The notes under the pieces were generated by a model. It was not told where the DNA came from, searched no databases, and worked only from the letters and a program-made list of their open reading frames with translations. 64,000 nucleotides of DNA from an uncultured Candidatus Rokubacteria bacterium (GTDB lineage: Bacteria > Methylomirabilota > Methylomirabilia > Rokubacteriales > CSP1-6), in assembly GCA_963789955.1 (NCBI GenBank), contig CAWBMV010000035.1, positions 13,366 through 77,365 on the forward strand. The letters are read 5' to 3'. Of this stretch, positions 11,494 through 21,387 are shown piece after piece. Each line of letters begins with the position of its first letter. Position 1 is the stretch's first letter. Position numbers and translations under genes: made by a program.

Positions 11494-12329
11494 GCCGTCA
11501 GCGACGGAAACCAGTGGCGCTTGCCCGCGCGAGCGAGCCGCGTGTCCCACTCGGCGAGGATTCGCACGGCCATGTTCGCCGCCTTCACGGAATGCTCGAT
11601 GCCGCCGTAGACGAAGCGATCGGTGATGCGGTTCGCGACCACCGTGCAGACGGCGCCCGCGCGGAGACTGTAGAGGCCGGCCATCGTGAAGATCGTGGCC
11701 GCCTCCATCTCGAAGTTGAGCACGCCGGCGCGCCGCAGGTCGTCCACCTTGTCGCGGAAGAACGCCTGCTCGTATCCGTTGAAGCCCGGCCGGCCCTGGC
11801 CGCAGTAGAAGGACGCGGTCGAGCAGCTCACGCCGACGTGGTAGCGGAGCCCGAGGCGCTCGGCGGCCTCCACGAGCGCCGCGGTCACCGCGTAGTGCGC
11901 GACGGCCGGGTACGCCGGATCGACGTAGTACTGGCTCGTCCCGTCGTGGCGCATCGCCCCCGACGAGATGACGATGTCGCCGCACTCGATCTCCGGCTGG
12001 AGCGCTGCCGTCGTGCCCACGCGGATGTAGGTGTCCCCGCCGAGGACCGCGAGCTCCTCCAGGGCGCTCGCCGTCGAGCCCCCGCCCGCGCCGGTCGAGC
12101 AGCACGTGAGCGCGACACCGCCGACCTTGCCGGAGAACGTGCGGTGCTCGCGATAGTTGGCGATGCGGCGCGACTCGTCCCAGTCGGCGGCGATCAGGTC
12201 CACGCGCTCCGGATCGCCCGGCAGGAGGACGTAGCGTTCCACGTCACCGCGCTTGCACCGGATGTGGTACTGCAGGCCCGCGTCCATCTCGGGCCGCGTA
12301 GCCGCCGACGTCCAGTTCGATGGCGTCAT
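11490..12329 (-). CDS. udp: Uridine phosphorylase family nucleoside phosphorylase
   Basis: QYHI, LLPGDPERV, REHRT, IRVGT, SFYCGQGR, NFEMEAAT, VANR. Confidence 0.88.
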   Translation of the reverse strand: MTPSNWTSAATRPEMDAGLQYHIRCKRGDVERYVLLPGDPERVDLIAADWDESRRIANYREHRTFSGKVGGVALTCCSTGAGGGSTASALEELAVLGGDTYIRVGTTAALQPEIECGDIVISSGAMRHDGTSQYYVDPAYPAVAHYAVTAALVEAAERLGLRYHVGVSCSTASFYCGQGRPGFNGYEQAFFRDKVDDLRRAGVLNFEMEAATIFTMAGLYSLRAGAVCTVVANRITDRFVYGGIEHSVKAANMAVRILAEWDTRLARAGKRHWFPSLTA

Positions 12330-13100
12330 CCCTTGGTCTCCTTCTTCACGACGATGGCCGGAATTCCGGTGCTGAAGCTCGCGACCGGCACGAGCTCGGA
12401 CACGTTTTCTTCGGCGCAGTAGCCCACGTCATCGGGCGAGCCGATGCGGCGCACGACGGCGGCCGACATCGACTGATCGAAGGCCTCGCGCGTCCCCGCG
12501 AACACCGACGCGGCGTTGCGCGCGATCGTGGCCGACTCGCGCAACGTCACTGTCTCCCCGCCGGCCCGAACGAGCTCCTCGCCGTGACGCAGGAGGGCCG
12601 CGGCGCAATAGGAGTCGTCGAGGGCGGGAATCAGGCTCTGCTCACGTCCCGGCGCACACCAGGCTGATGCTCCGGCCGAGCCGGCGCGCCAGCGCGACGG
12701 CCGATCGCATGACGGCGGCGCCGTTGCGCATGCAGCCGATCAGCACGTGCTCGACGCCGCAGTCGCGCACGAGCTCGGCCGCGAGTGTGCCGTTGGTCGT
12801 GGCGAGGATCACGCGGCGGCCCGCGAGGTCGATCGCGTGGAGCGCCGCCGGCGAGGGCGTGAGATCCGCGTCGGCGGCTTTCAGCCCCGAGGTGTCCTCG
12901 GCGCACACCAGCGCATCGAGCCGGGTGCGCAGCTCGGCGACTCGTGGACGATCACGCTGGCCGACCAGGATGACCTCAGAGCAGCCGCGGTCCAGCAAGG
13001 TCACGATCGTGGTGCTCGCGCGGATCACGTCGATCAGCACCGCGACCGGAGACGGCTGCCGCGTCGCCTCGCGCGGCAGGAAGCAGACCTCGAAGTCCAC
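12326..13100 (-). CDS. 2-phosphosulfolactate phosphatase (ComB) family protein (frameshift near 12648)
   Basis: [29 protein letters not shown] motifs across two frames. Confidence 0.75.
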
Positions 13101-13110
13101 TGAGCCGCGC

Positions 13111-14463
13111 TTACGAGGTGGCCGGCGCCGCGTTGGCGGAGGGGACGTCGCCCGGATCGGCGCCCTGCGCGCGCATCGCCCGCTGGATCGCGACGGGATC
13201 GACGTCGCGTAGACGCGAGCCGTGATTCAGCGCCAGCGCGGCCGCGATGCCGGCGGCCTGGCCCTGCACCATGCACGGCGGGATCTCGCGCGAGATCTTC
13301 TGCGCCTGCGGATCGGCCGAGTAGTGCCGCCCGGCCACGATGAGCTGGTCGAGGTTCTTGGGAAGCAGCGCCCGGTACGGCGTGTAGTAGTCGCGCCCCC
13401 GGCAGACCGTGTCGCGGAAGTGGCGCCGCTCGAGCACGTCTGCCTTGGTGACGACGTACTCGCCCTCGAGCAGCCGGCTCTGGCGCACGCCGAGCTGCGG
13501 CGCGACGTCGATCAGATAGCACTGAGCGAAGCCGGGAAGCTCGGCGCGCGCGAACGCCATCAACGACGCGATGCGGCGCCTGCCCTCCAGCTCGGCGGCG
13601 GTCATGTCCTCGACCTTGAGGGCGTCGTAGCCGGTCATGTGCGGGCAGTTGCACCAGACGATGCCGGGGAGCGGCGTCTTGAGCCACCAGAAGTCCCAGG
13701 CGCCACCGAGCAGTCGCTTGGCCTGCCGGTCCAGCGCGCTGAACTCCTCGGGGTGCTCGTACTCGAACCGGAGCGCTGCGTCGGTGTCCACGTTGCCGAG
13801 GCGGAACACGGTCGTCACCATGTACCCGCCGACGACGTGCGGGGCGCCGGCCCGCGCGGCGACGTCGAGGTCGCCGGTTGCATCGACGACGATCTCGGCG
13901 AGCAGCGCCTGGCGGCCCGCCTTGGTCTCGACCACGGCGCCGCGCAGGCGCCCGTCCTCGACGATCGGCTCGGAGAACCAGCTGTGCAGCCTCAAGTTGA
14001 CGCCGCTCTCGACGACGAGATCTTCCGAGACTGCGTTTCCAGCCGTCCGGATCGAACGCGACCGCGTAGACGATCGGCTGGGGCTTTCCGTGGGCGCGGA
14101 AGTCGTGGCATCCCCAGCGCGCCCACGTCCGCCACACGTCCCAGCCCACGCGGCGCTCTTCGATCGGCGGCGACACCGCGAGGCCGAGCTTCTCGAGCCG
14201 CTCGATGGCCTCGCCGATCAGCCCCGTCGTGGTGATTTCGGCTCCGTTCACCATGTCGTCGAGCACGAGCACCATGCCGCCCGACGCGAGCCCGCCGAGA
14301 TACGGATAGCGCTCGATCAACGTGACCCGCGCGCCGCTCCGCGCCGCGGCGACCGCGGCACTGACTCCGGCCGGACCTCCGCCCACCACGAGCACGTCGC
14401 TCCGGTCGACGATCGGGGTCGAGCGGGTCGCCTCGGCGACCGTGGGCGGCGGGGCGCAGCCAT
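13111..14463 (-). CDS. FAD-dependent oxidoreductase, FAD_oxidored family (frameshifts near 14450 and 14030)
   Basis: [55 protein letters not shown]. Confidence 0.82.
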
Positions 14464-15300
14464 CACGACACCTCGCCCTGTTTCCAGGTGACGATGCGCC
14501 GCTCGGCGAAGCTGACCACGGCGAAGAAGACGACGGCCCAGGCCGAGGAGACGAACACCGTCGCGTAGAGAAGCGGCGAGCGGAAGTTGTGGGTGGCCTC
14601 GATGATCAGGGCGCCCAGCCCCAGGTCGGCGCCGATCCACTCGCCGACGATCGCCCCGAGCACGGAGGTGGTCGAGGCGATCTTGAGCGCCGAGAACAGG
14701 AACGGCAGCGAGCTCGGCACGCGCAGCTTCCAGAACACCTCGGCCTTGCTCGCCGACAGCACGCGCATCAGCTCGAGCGATTGCGGGTTCACCGACGTGA
14801 GGCCCCGCACCATGTTGGCGAGGGTCGGGAAGAAGCAGATGAACGCGGCGATCACGACCTTGGAGGTCATCCCGAGCCCGAAGATCAGGACCAGGATCGG
14901 CGCCTTGGCCAGGATCGGGATCGTGTTCACGAACACCGCGATCGGATACAGCGCCGCTTCGAGACGGCGAGAGTGCACGAACAGCACGGCCACCGCGATC
15001 GCGATCGAGTTGCCGACGACGAACCCGATGAGGCTCTCGACCGCGGTCGGCACGAAGTTGCGCATGAGCATGGGGAAATCGCTCACCAGGGCTTTCGTCA
15101 CCTGGATGGGCGTGGGCGCGATGTAGATCGGGTAGCGAGAACACCTGCGCCAGGATCTGCCAGGCGGCGACGAGCACCGCCGCGGCGATGAACGGCAAGA
15201 GCGCCTGCGATCGGGGGCGCGGCGGCCGCGAGACGGCCGGCGCGGGAGCGCGGCGCGCGGCGGCGGGCTCGGCGATGACCGCGGTCGGCTTGTCGTCCAT
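14463..15300 (-). CDS. NitT/TauT (SsuC-like) ABC transporter permease (frameshift near 15135)
   Basis: [48 protein letters not shown]. Confidence 0.88.
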
Positions 15301-15316
15301 CAGCGCCGTCCGTCCA

Positions 15317-16099
15317 TCAGCACGTTTGGAGTAATGCGCGCAGGTGCGAGGCGATCCGGATGAACTCCGGCGTCTCGCGGACGCTGAGCGGCCGGGGATA
15401 GGGCAGCTCGCACGCGACGAGCTCGCGCACGCGCCCCGGGTTGGTGGCCAGGACCAGGACGCGCTCGGACAGAAAGACCGCCTCCGGAATGCTGTGGGTG
15501 ACGAAGAGGATGGTGGTGCCGGTCTCCCGCCAGATCCTCAGCAGCTCCTCGTTCAAGGTGTCGCGCGTGATCTCGTCGAGCGCGCCGAACGGCTCGTCCA
15601 TCAGGAGGATCCGCGGCTCCGAGACGAGCGCCCGCGCGATCGCGACCCGCTGGCGCATGCCGCCCGAGAGCTCGTGCGGCAGCGCGTGCTCACGCCCGGC
15701 GAGGCCGACGAGCCGCAAGAGCTCTTCCGGCTTGCGGAGCCCGGCGCGATCCCGCTTCTTCGGCCCGACCTCGAGGGGGAGCCGCACGTTTTCGAGCGCC
15801 GAGCGCCACGGCAGCAAGGTCGCGTCCTGGAACACGAACCCGAGCTCGCGGTTGAGTCGCGCCCGCTCCGGAGGTCCCCCGAGCACCGAGACCGTGCCGT
15901 GAGTCGGCGAGACGAGATCGGCGACGAGACGGAGCAGCGTCGACTTGCCGCATCCGGAGGGTCCGAGCAGGCTGACGAAGCCGCCCGGCTGCACCGCGAG
16001 GCCGACATTCTCGAGCGCGGTGACGGAGCCGCGCTCGCTCGTGAACCGGACGGTGGCGTTCTCGAGCTCGACGGCGAGTGTCGCGCCCGGACTGCTCAT
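15317..16099 (-). CDS. NitT/TauT ABC transporter ATP-binding protein
   Basis: [35 protein letters not shown]. Confidence 0.93.
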   Translation of the reverse strand: MSSPGATLAVELENATVRFTSERGSVTALENVGLAVQPGGFVSLLGPSGCGKSTLLRLVADLVSPTHGTVSVLGGPPERARLNRELGFVFQDATLLPWRSALENVRLPLEVGPKKRDRAGLRKPEELLRLVGLAGREHALPHELSGGMRQRVAIARALVSEPRILLMDEPFGALDEITRDTLNEELLRIWRETGTTILFVTHSIPEAVFLSERVLVLATNPGRVRELVACELPYPRPLSVRETPEFIRIASHLRALLQTC

Positions 16100-16121
16100 G
16101 GGCTCGCCGGACTCGCCCCGC

Positions 16122-17175
16122 CTACGCGCCGATCTTGGGCCGCGCGGCCGCCGTCGCCTTCAGAGATCGCATCGGTCATCACGTCGGTGACCTTCGGGGC
16201 CGGGCCCTTGAACTGCTGGAGCTCGTCGTAGATGTGCAGCTGCTGCTCCCACACGCCGGGCTCCATCGTGCCCCAGCCCTTGGCCGCGGTGGTCTTGGTG
16301 AAGCTGAAGCCGAGCACGGGCTTGATCGCCGCCATCTCGGCGTCGCGATCCAGGTTCGGGTACGCCTTCACCAGGAGATCGACGGCCTTGTCCGGATTCT
16401 GCTGCGCGTACGCCCAGCCCTTGGCCGCCGCGCGCGTGAACCCGGCGAGCACGTCGCCGTGCTTCTGGAGCGTGTCGTCGGTCGCGTAGTAGAGGTTCGC
16501 GTAGAGCTGGATGCCCGCGTCCCAGAGCCGCATGTCGACCCGGTCGGAGCCGAGCGGCTTCAAGGCACTCGCGTTCGTGAGCCAGCCGGTGACCGCGTCG
16601 ACCTGGCCCGTCAAGAGCGGCGCCATGTCGCTGCCCATCACCACGACCTGCACGTCGGACTCCTTGATCTTGTGCTTGGCCAGGAGCGCGCGCAGGAGAA
16701 TCTTCGCGGTGCCCTGCGTGCCGATCTTCTTGCCGATCATGTCCTGCGGCGTGCGGATCGGCTTCTTCGGAAGCGAGAAGTACGTGAACGGGTGCTCCTG
16801 ATATCCGACCGCGAAGCACTTGACCGGGATCCCGCCCGCGCGGGCGAGCATCAGCGACGGGCTCGACGACAGGTTGCCGGCCTGAGCGGATCCGGCGGCC
16901 ACGACCGCCACGCCGTCGACGTTCGGACCACCCGGCGCGAATTTCAAGTTGATCCCCTCGGCTTCGAAATAGCCGAGGCTGCGCCCGGCGACCTCGCCGA
17001 TCTGGCCGTTGCTCATGATCCAGCCGAGCTGGAACGTCACCTCACTCGTCGCGGCGCGCGCGCCGCGCGCGACGGAGATGACGCCGCCGCCCGCCGCCAC
17101 TCCGGCGAGCAGTGCGGCCGAGCGGCCGAGCATGTGGCGGCGGGTCAGATCGTGACTGGCGGGTGTCCGGCTCAT
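16122..17175 (-). CDS. NMT1/THI5-like ABC substrate-binding protein with twin-arginine signal (C-terminal frameshift near 16165)
   Basis: LTRRHML Tat motif, [27 protein letters not shown]. Confidence 0.85.
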
Positions 17176-17290
17176 AAATCCTCCTCGCGGCTCTGCTCGA
17201 CCGTTCCGCAACCTTAGCCGGTTTCCCCGGAGAATCCAAGCGCGCGAGGTTCCCTTTGACCTCCGTGCCGGCGTCACCTACGCTGCGACG

Positions 17291-18244
17291 GTGAACTCGA
17301 GCGTCGAATACATCGGGCCGCGGGCCGCCTTCGCGACGCTCGGTGGAAGCCCGACCTGGGGCCTCGGCGATCGGTTCCACGAGCTCGCGGCGACACGCGG
17401 ACACACGAGGCTCGGCATCCACCGACCTCGGACGCCCTACGGTCTCGGTCCCCAGGTGGAGCACTTCCGAGGGCCGAGCGGGCGTGAGTTCCTGCGCATC
17501 CCGACGTACGGTCAGGTCGTCGACGAAGATCCCCTGCTGCACGCCAGCGAGTGGAAGACGTTCTGGATTCTCTGGAAGGCAGGTGTGCGCGTGCTGCTCG
17601 TCGGCGGCACCAGCGGCAGCTGCGACTGGCGGCGAACGGCCGTCGACGAGGACGCCGTGCGTCCCGGCGACTTCGTGCTGCCGAAGAGCTACCTGACGCG
17701 CGACACGATGCCGACCGGCCTGCCCGGCACCGAGCTCGAGTTCTGCCTGCCGCGCCAGGTCGCGATCATGGACGATCCCTTCTGCCCGCCGCTCGCGGAC
17801 GCGCTGCGCTCGCGCGCCGGGCGCGCGCTCGATTTCAGATTCCGTCGCATCCACGGCCCGGAGGCCGGCGTGGTGCTGAACCGCTGGCTCGCCGGAAACG
17901 GCTTCGAGTCGCTCGCGACGTGCCGCATGCTCGAAGCGTCGGGCCGCCAGATCGGAATGCCGATCATCACCGGTGACTGCGTGAGCCCGGTGCTGGCGCG
18001 CGTGTGCGGGATGCACCTCGCGTACTACCACGTCGTGGCCAACTGGGGCACCGGGCTCGAGCCCGACGATCCGACGATCGTCTTGAATCGGCTCTACATG
18101 GAGACGCTTCCCGCGGTGGCCGCGGCCCTCGAGCTCTCGTTCCTCGACGAGGCGAGCGAGCCGACCGCGTGCCGGTGTCGCGAGCTCCTGCGCGCTCGCC
18201 CCCCGGAGTACGCGCGAGCGCTGAGCCCCCGCGCGACGCAGTAA
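17291..18244 (+). CDS. Highly divergent MTAP/purine nucleoside phosphorylase-fold protein
   Basis: LGGS, TPYG, LWKAGVR..GTSGS, RPGDFVLP, MDDPFCPPL, GFES, LAR..GM, VANW, C-terminal CxC. Confidence 0.65.
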   Translation: MNSSVEYIGPRAAFATLGGSPTWGLGDRFHELAATRGHTRLGIHRPRTPYGLGPQVEHFRGPSGREFLRIPTYGQVVDEDPLLHASEWKTFWILWKAGVRVLLVGGTSGSCDWRRTAVDEDAVRPGDFVLPKSYLTRDTMPTGLPGTELEFCLPRQVAIMDDPFCPPLADALRSRAGRALDFRFRRIHGPEAGVVLNRWLAGNGFESLATCRMLEASGRQIGMPIITGDCVSPVLARVCGMHLAYYHVVANWGTGLEPDDPTIVLNRLYMETLPAVAAALELSFLDEASEPTACRCRELLRARPPEYARALSPRATQ

Positions 18245-18267
18245 ACTCGACGTCCAGGAGGAGAGCC

Positions 18268-19209
18268 TTGAAGACGATCACTCCAGCGCTCAAGCAGATC
18301 GCGTCGGGGCTGCGATTCCCCGAGGGCCCGGTGGCGATGAGCGACGGTTCGGTGGTGCTGGTCGAGATCGAACGGCGCACGCTCTCGCGCGTCACACCCG
18401 ACGGCAAGATCCACGTGGTCGCCACCCTGGGCGGCGGGCCGAACGGCGCGGCGATGGGGCCGGGCGGCAAGATCTACGTGACCAACAACGGCGGGCTGAA
18501 GTTCATGGATCGCCCGGGCAAGCTGTTTCCGATCGCGCAGGGCGACGACTACAAGGGCGGGCTGATCCAGCGAGTCGATCCCGAGACCGGAAAGTTCGAG
18601 ACGCTCTACGATTCGTGCGACGGGATGAAGCTGCGCGGGCCGAACGATCTCGTGTTCGACAACGCCGGCGGCTTCTGGTTCACGGATCTCGGCAAGACGC
18701 GCGATCGCGACATGGATCGCGGCTCGGTCTACTACGCGAAGGCCGACGGCTCGATGATCAAGGAGGCGATCTTCCCGCTCGAGCGGCCGAACGGGATCGG
18801 GCTCTCGCCGGACGAGCGCACGCTCTACGTCGTCGAGACGCCGACCGCGCGCTGCTGGGCGTTCAAGCTCTCGGCGCCCGGCCAGATCGAATCGGCCAAT
18901 GGTCCGTATCGCGGCGAGAAGGGCACCGTCATCGCCGGGCTCGGCGGCTATCAGATGTTCGACTCGCTCGCGGTCGACGGCGAGGGCCACATCTGCGTGG
19001 CGACCCTGATCACCGGCGCGGTGAGCGACATCTGGCCGGACGGCAGCCGCGTCGACCAGTACAAGCTGCCGGACATGATGGTCACCAACGTCTGCTTCGG
19101 CGGCCGCGAGCTCAGGACCGCGTTCGCGACCCTGTCGATGGGCGGCACGCTCGTGTCGTTCGAGTGGCCGCGGCCGGGCCTCGCGCTCAAATACCTGAAC
19201 ACGCCATGA
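18268..19209 (+). CDS. SMP-30/gluconolactonase/LRE family beta-propeller
   Basis: FPEGP, GPNG, PNDLVFD..GGFWFTD, PNGIGLSPDE, FDSLAVD, TNVCFGG; AGGAGG RBS before TTG. Confidence 0.9.
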   Translation: MKTITPALKQIASGLRFPEGPVAMSDGSVVLVEIERRTLSRVTPDGKIHVVATLGGGPNGAAMGPGGKIYVTNNGGLKFMDRPGKLFPIAQGDDYKGGLIQRVDPETGKFETLYDSCDGMKLRGPNDLVFDNAGGFWFTDLGKTRDRDMDRGSVYYAKADGSMIKEAIFPLERPNGIGLSPDERTLYVVETPTARCWAFKLSAPGQIESANGPYRGEKGTVIAGLGGYQMFDSLAVDGEGHICVATLITGAVSDIWPDGSRVDQYKLPDMMVTNVCFGGRELRTAFATLSMGGTLVSFEWPRPGLALKYLNTP

Positions 19210-20498
19210 GTCTCTCCGACCGCTATGGCCTGACGCTCTCGACGACATCGGCCGACGCCGCCCGGCACTACCAGGACGGCATGGACCGGCTGCTCTCCTA
19301 CGGCTTCGGCGCCGATCAGTCGTTCGCCGCGGCGGTCGCGGCCGACGAGGGATTCGCCCTCGGCCACGCGGGCGCGGCGCTCTTCTCACTCTTCCAGGGC
19401 GACGGCGCCTCGGCGAAGGCGTCGATCGAGCGGGCGCGCGGCCTGACGGCCGGGGTGACGCGGCGCGAGCGGCAGCACGTCGAGGCGCTCGCCGCGATCG
19501 CCGGCGGCGAATCGGCGCGCGGCCTGGCGCAGATCGAGGAGCACGTGAAGGAATTTCCGCGCGACGCGCTGCTCGTCAACCAGGCGGGCAGCACCATCGG
19601 GCTCGGCGGCCGCGCCGATCGCGAGGCGCTGCGGGTCGGATTCATCGAAGGCCTGGCCCACGCCTACGGCGACGACTGGTGGTATCAGTCGGCGCTCGGC
19701 TTCACCTATCACGAGGTCGGACGCTACGAAGAATCGCGGCGGCTCTCCGAGCGCTCGCTCGCGCAGTACCAGGGCAACGCGAACGCCAGCCACAACATCG
19801 CCCACGTCTGCTACGAGACCGTCGACAACGAGGGCGGGATCGCGATGCTCTCGGACTGGCTCGGCGGCTACGACCGGCGCGCGCCGTTCCATTGCCACCT
19901 GGCCTGGCACGTGGCGCTCTTCGAGCTTCAGTGCGGCCGGCCCGAGCGCGCGCTCACGATCTACGAGCGCGACATCGCGCCGTCCTCCAATCCGCGCCTG
20001 GCCATGATCGACGGCTCGGCGTTGCTGTGGCGCTTCGGGCTCTACGACTATCAGAAGGGGCCCCTGCCGTGGCGTCGGCTGGCCGACCTCGCGACCCGGG
20101 TCACACGCCCGGGCTTCATCTTCGGCGACGTCCACGCCGCCCTCGCCTACGCGTCGGCCGGCGACGACGCGGCGCTATCGGCGCTGATCAGCGGCCTGGA
20201 AGCCCTGCACGCGAAGGGGCACCCGATCGCCGGCATGGTGGCCCTGCCGCTGGTCAGAGGCGTCGCGGCCTACGTGGCCGGCGACTACGCCGGGGCTCTC
20301 GGCCTCATGGAGTCGGTCGACGGCGAGATCCACCGGGTGGGCGGTAGCCACGCCCAGTGGGAGCTGTTCGAAGAGACGATGGTGGTCTGCCTGCTGCGGC
20401 TCGGTCGCCTCGACCAGGCCCAGCGACTCATTCGCCGGCGCCTGGGCGTCCGCTCGTCGCCGCGCGATCTCGCCTGGCTCGATCAGACGACTCACTGA
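19206..20498 (+). CDS. TTC38-like tetratricopeptide repeat protein
   Basis: DRYGL.LST, FPRDAL, HNIAHVCYE, HLAWHVAL, LLWR, GGSHAQ. Confidence 0.75.
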   Translation: MSLSDRYGLTLSTTSADAARHYQDGMDRLLSYGFGADQSFAAAVAADEGFALGHAGAALFSLFQGDGASAKASIERARGLTAGVTRRERQHVEALAAIAGGESARGLAQIEEHVKEFPRDALLVNQAGSTIGLGGRADREALRVGFIEGLAHAYGDDWWYQSALGFTYHEVGRYEESRRLSERSLAQYQGNANASHNIAHVCYETVDNEGGIAMLSDWLGGYDRRAPFHCHLAWHVALFELQCGRPERALTIYERDIAPSSNPRLAMIDGSALLWRFGLYDYQKGPLPWRRLADLATRVTRPGFIFGDVHAALAYASAGDDAALSALISGLEALHAKGHPIAGMVALPLVRGVAAYVAGDYAGALGLMESVDGEIHRVGGSHAQWELFEETMVVCLLRLGRLDQAQRLIRRRLGVRSSPRDLAWLDQTTH

Positions 20499-20622
20499 CC
20501 GGTACAACCTTGACCATGGTGATGCCGGACTGTCCAGTCAAAATAGTCAATCACTCGGCGTTCACGAGCGTGTCTCGCGCATAACTCGGCAATACGTCGT
20601 CGTTTCCGCAAACGATGACGCG

Positions 20623-20637
20623 TGGCATCCGATTTGC
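20623..20637 (+). promoter_or_regulatory. sigma54 (-24/-12) promoter
   Basis: TGGCATCCGATTTGC versus consensus TGGCAC-N5-TTGC, 21 nt upstream of ATG 20659; imperfect 11-bp inverted repeat at 20595-20620 just upstream. Confidence 0.6.
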
Positions 20638-20658
20638 CACTCTCCCGGATCGTTCGCG

Positions 20659-21192
20659 ATGAGAGCAGAGAGCGCCCGGGTCCACATCCGCCACACACGA
20701 GGTACCGCGCTACCGCTGCATATGCCGCTTCGCCGCCTAGCGTTGTGCCTCGATTGCGAGGCATGCTTTGAAATCGGAATCTCGTCATGCCCCGCGTGTG
20801 GCGGAGATACCTGGGTGCTCCTCTCCAAGTTCCTCGACCAGGGGCCGCTGAAGGTCCTGCCCCAGTTCCATCCGTTCCCGAAGAGCTGGACGGCCGAGTC
20901 GAAGGGCCGTGACGAGGCCTCGGGACAGGCCGCCAAGCAGATCCTGGTCGTCGCGCGCGATCGCCAGAAGCTCTTCGAGTACGCGAAGCGAGCGTTTACA
21001 GGCAATTCCTCGGTCGAGGTCGTCCTCGATCGCCGGCGGGCCGAGCGGCGCAGCGGCGAACGGGCCAGCTCGCCGGATCGCCGCCGGGGTGATCGCCGAC
21101 TCATGAACGAGATCGACAACCACCTCCGGGCCCTTGGCTGGGCGGTGGTTCGCCTCGACGTCTTCCGGACGCTCGGGTTGACGAGACGGTAG
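20659..21192 (+). CDS. Hypothetical protein: Zn ribbon (CxxC...CxxC) + Arg-rich 'DRR' domain
   Basis: CLDCEACF...CPACGG then QILVVARDR..LFEY..RAFTGN..VEVVLDRR...LRALGWAVVRL; C-terminal domain homologous to 47224-47706. Confidence 0.7.
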   Translation: MRAESARVHIRHTRGTALPLHMPLRRLALCLDCEACFEIGISSCPACGGDTWVLLSKFLDQGPLKVLPQFHPFPKSWTAESKGRDEASGQAAKQILVVARDRQKLFEYAKRAFTGNSSVEVVLDRRRAERRSGERASSPDRRRGDRRLMNEIDNHLRALGWAVVRLDVFRTLGLTRR

Positions 21193-21201
21193 GTAATTGA
21201 C

Positions 21202-21226
21202 ATGGGGGCCCCGAAATGGCCCCCAT
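21202..21226. other. GC-rich hairpin (terminator- or REP-like)
   Basis: Perfect 9-bp inverted repeat ATGGGGGCC-N7-GGCCCCCAT 10 nt after the stop at 21192. Confidence 0.45.
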
Positions 21227-21387
21227 ACCCCCTCGCTCGGCGTTTTTCTGACCTTGGTCGGTCTCCGTCGTTTCTGCGATCGCTACCCGACCGCTTGCTT
21301 CTGAGCTACCATTCCTGCCGTGGCCAGGCTGGCGGTCTGGCTTGTTCCTCTGGGTGGATCACGGCGCTTTCGGAAAGGAGCGGCGAG

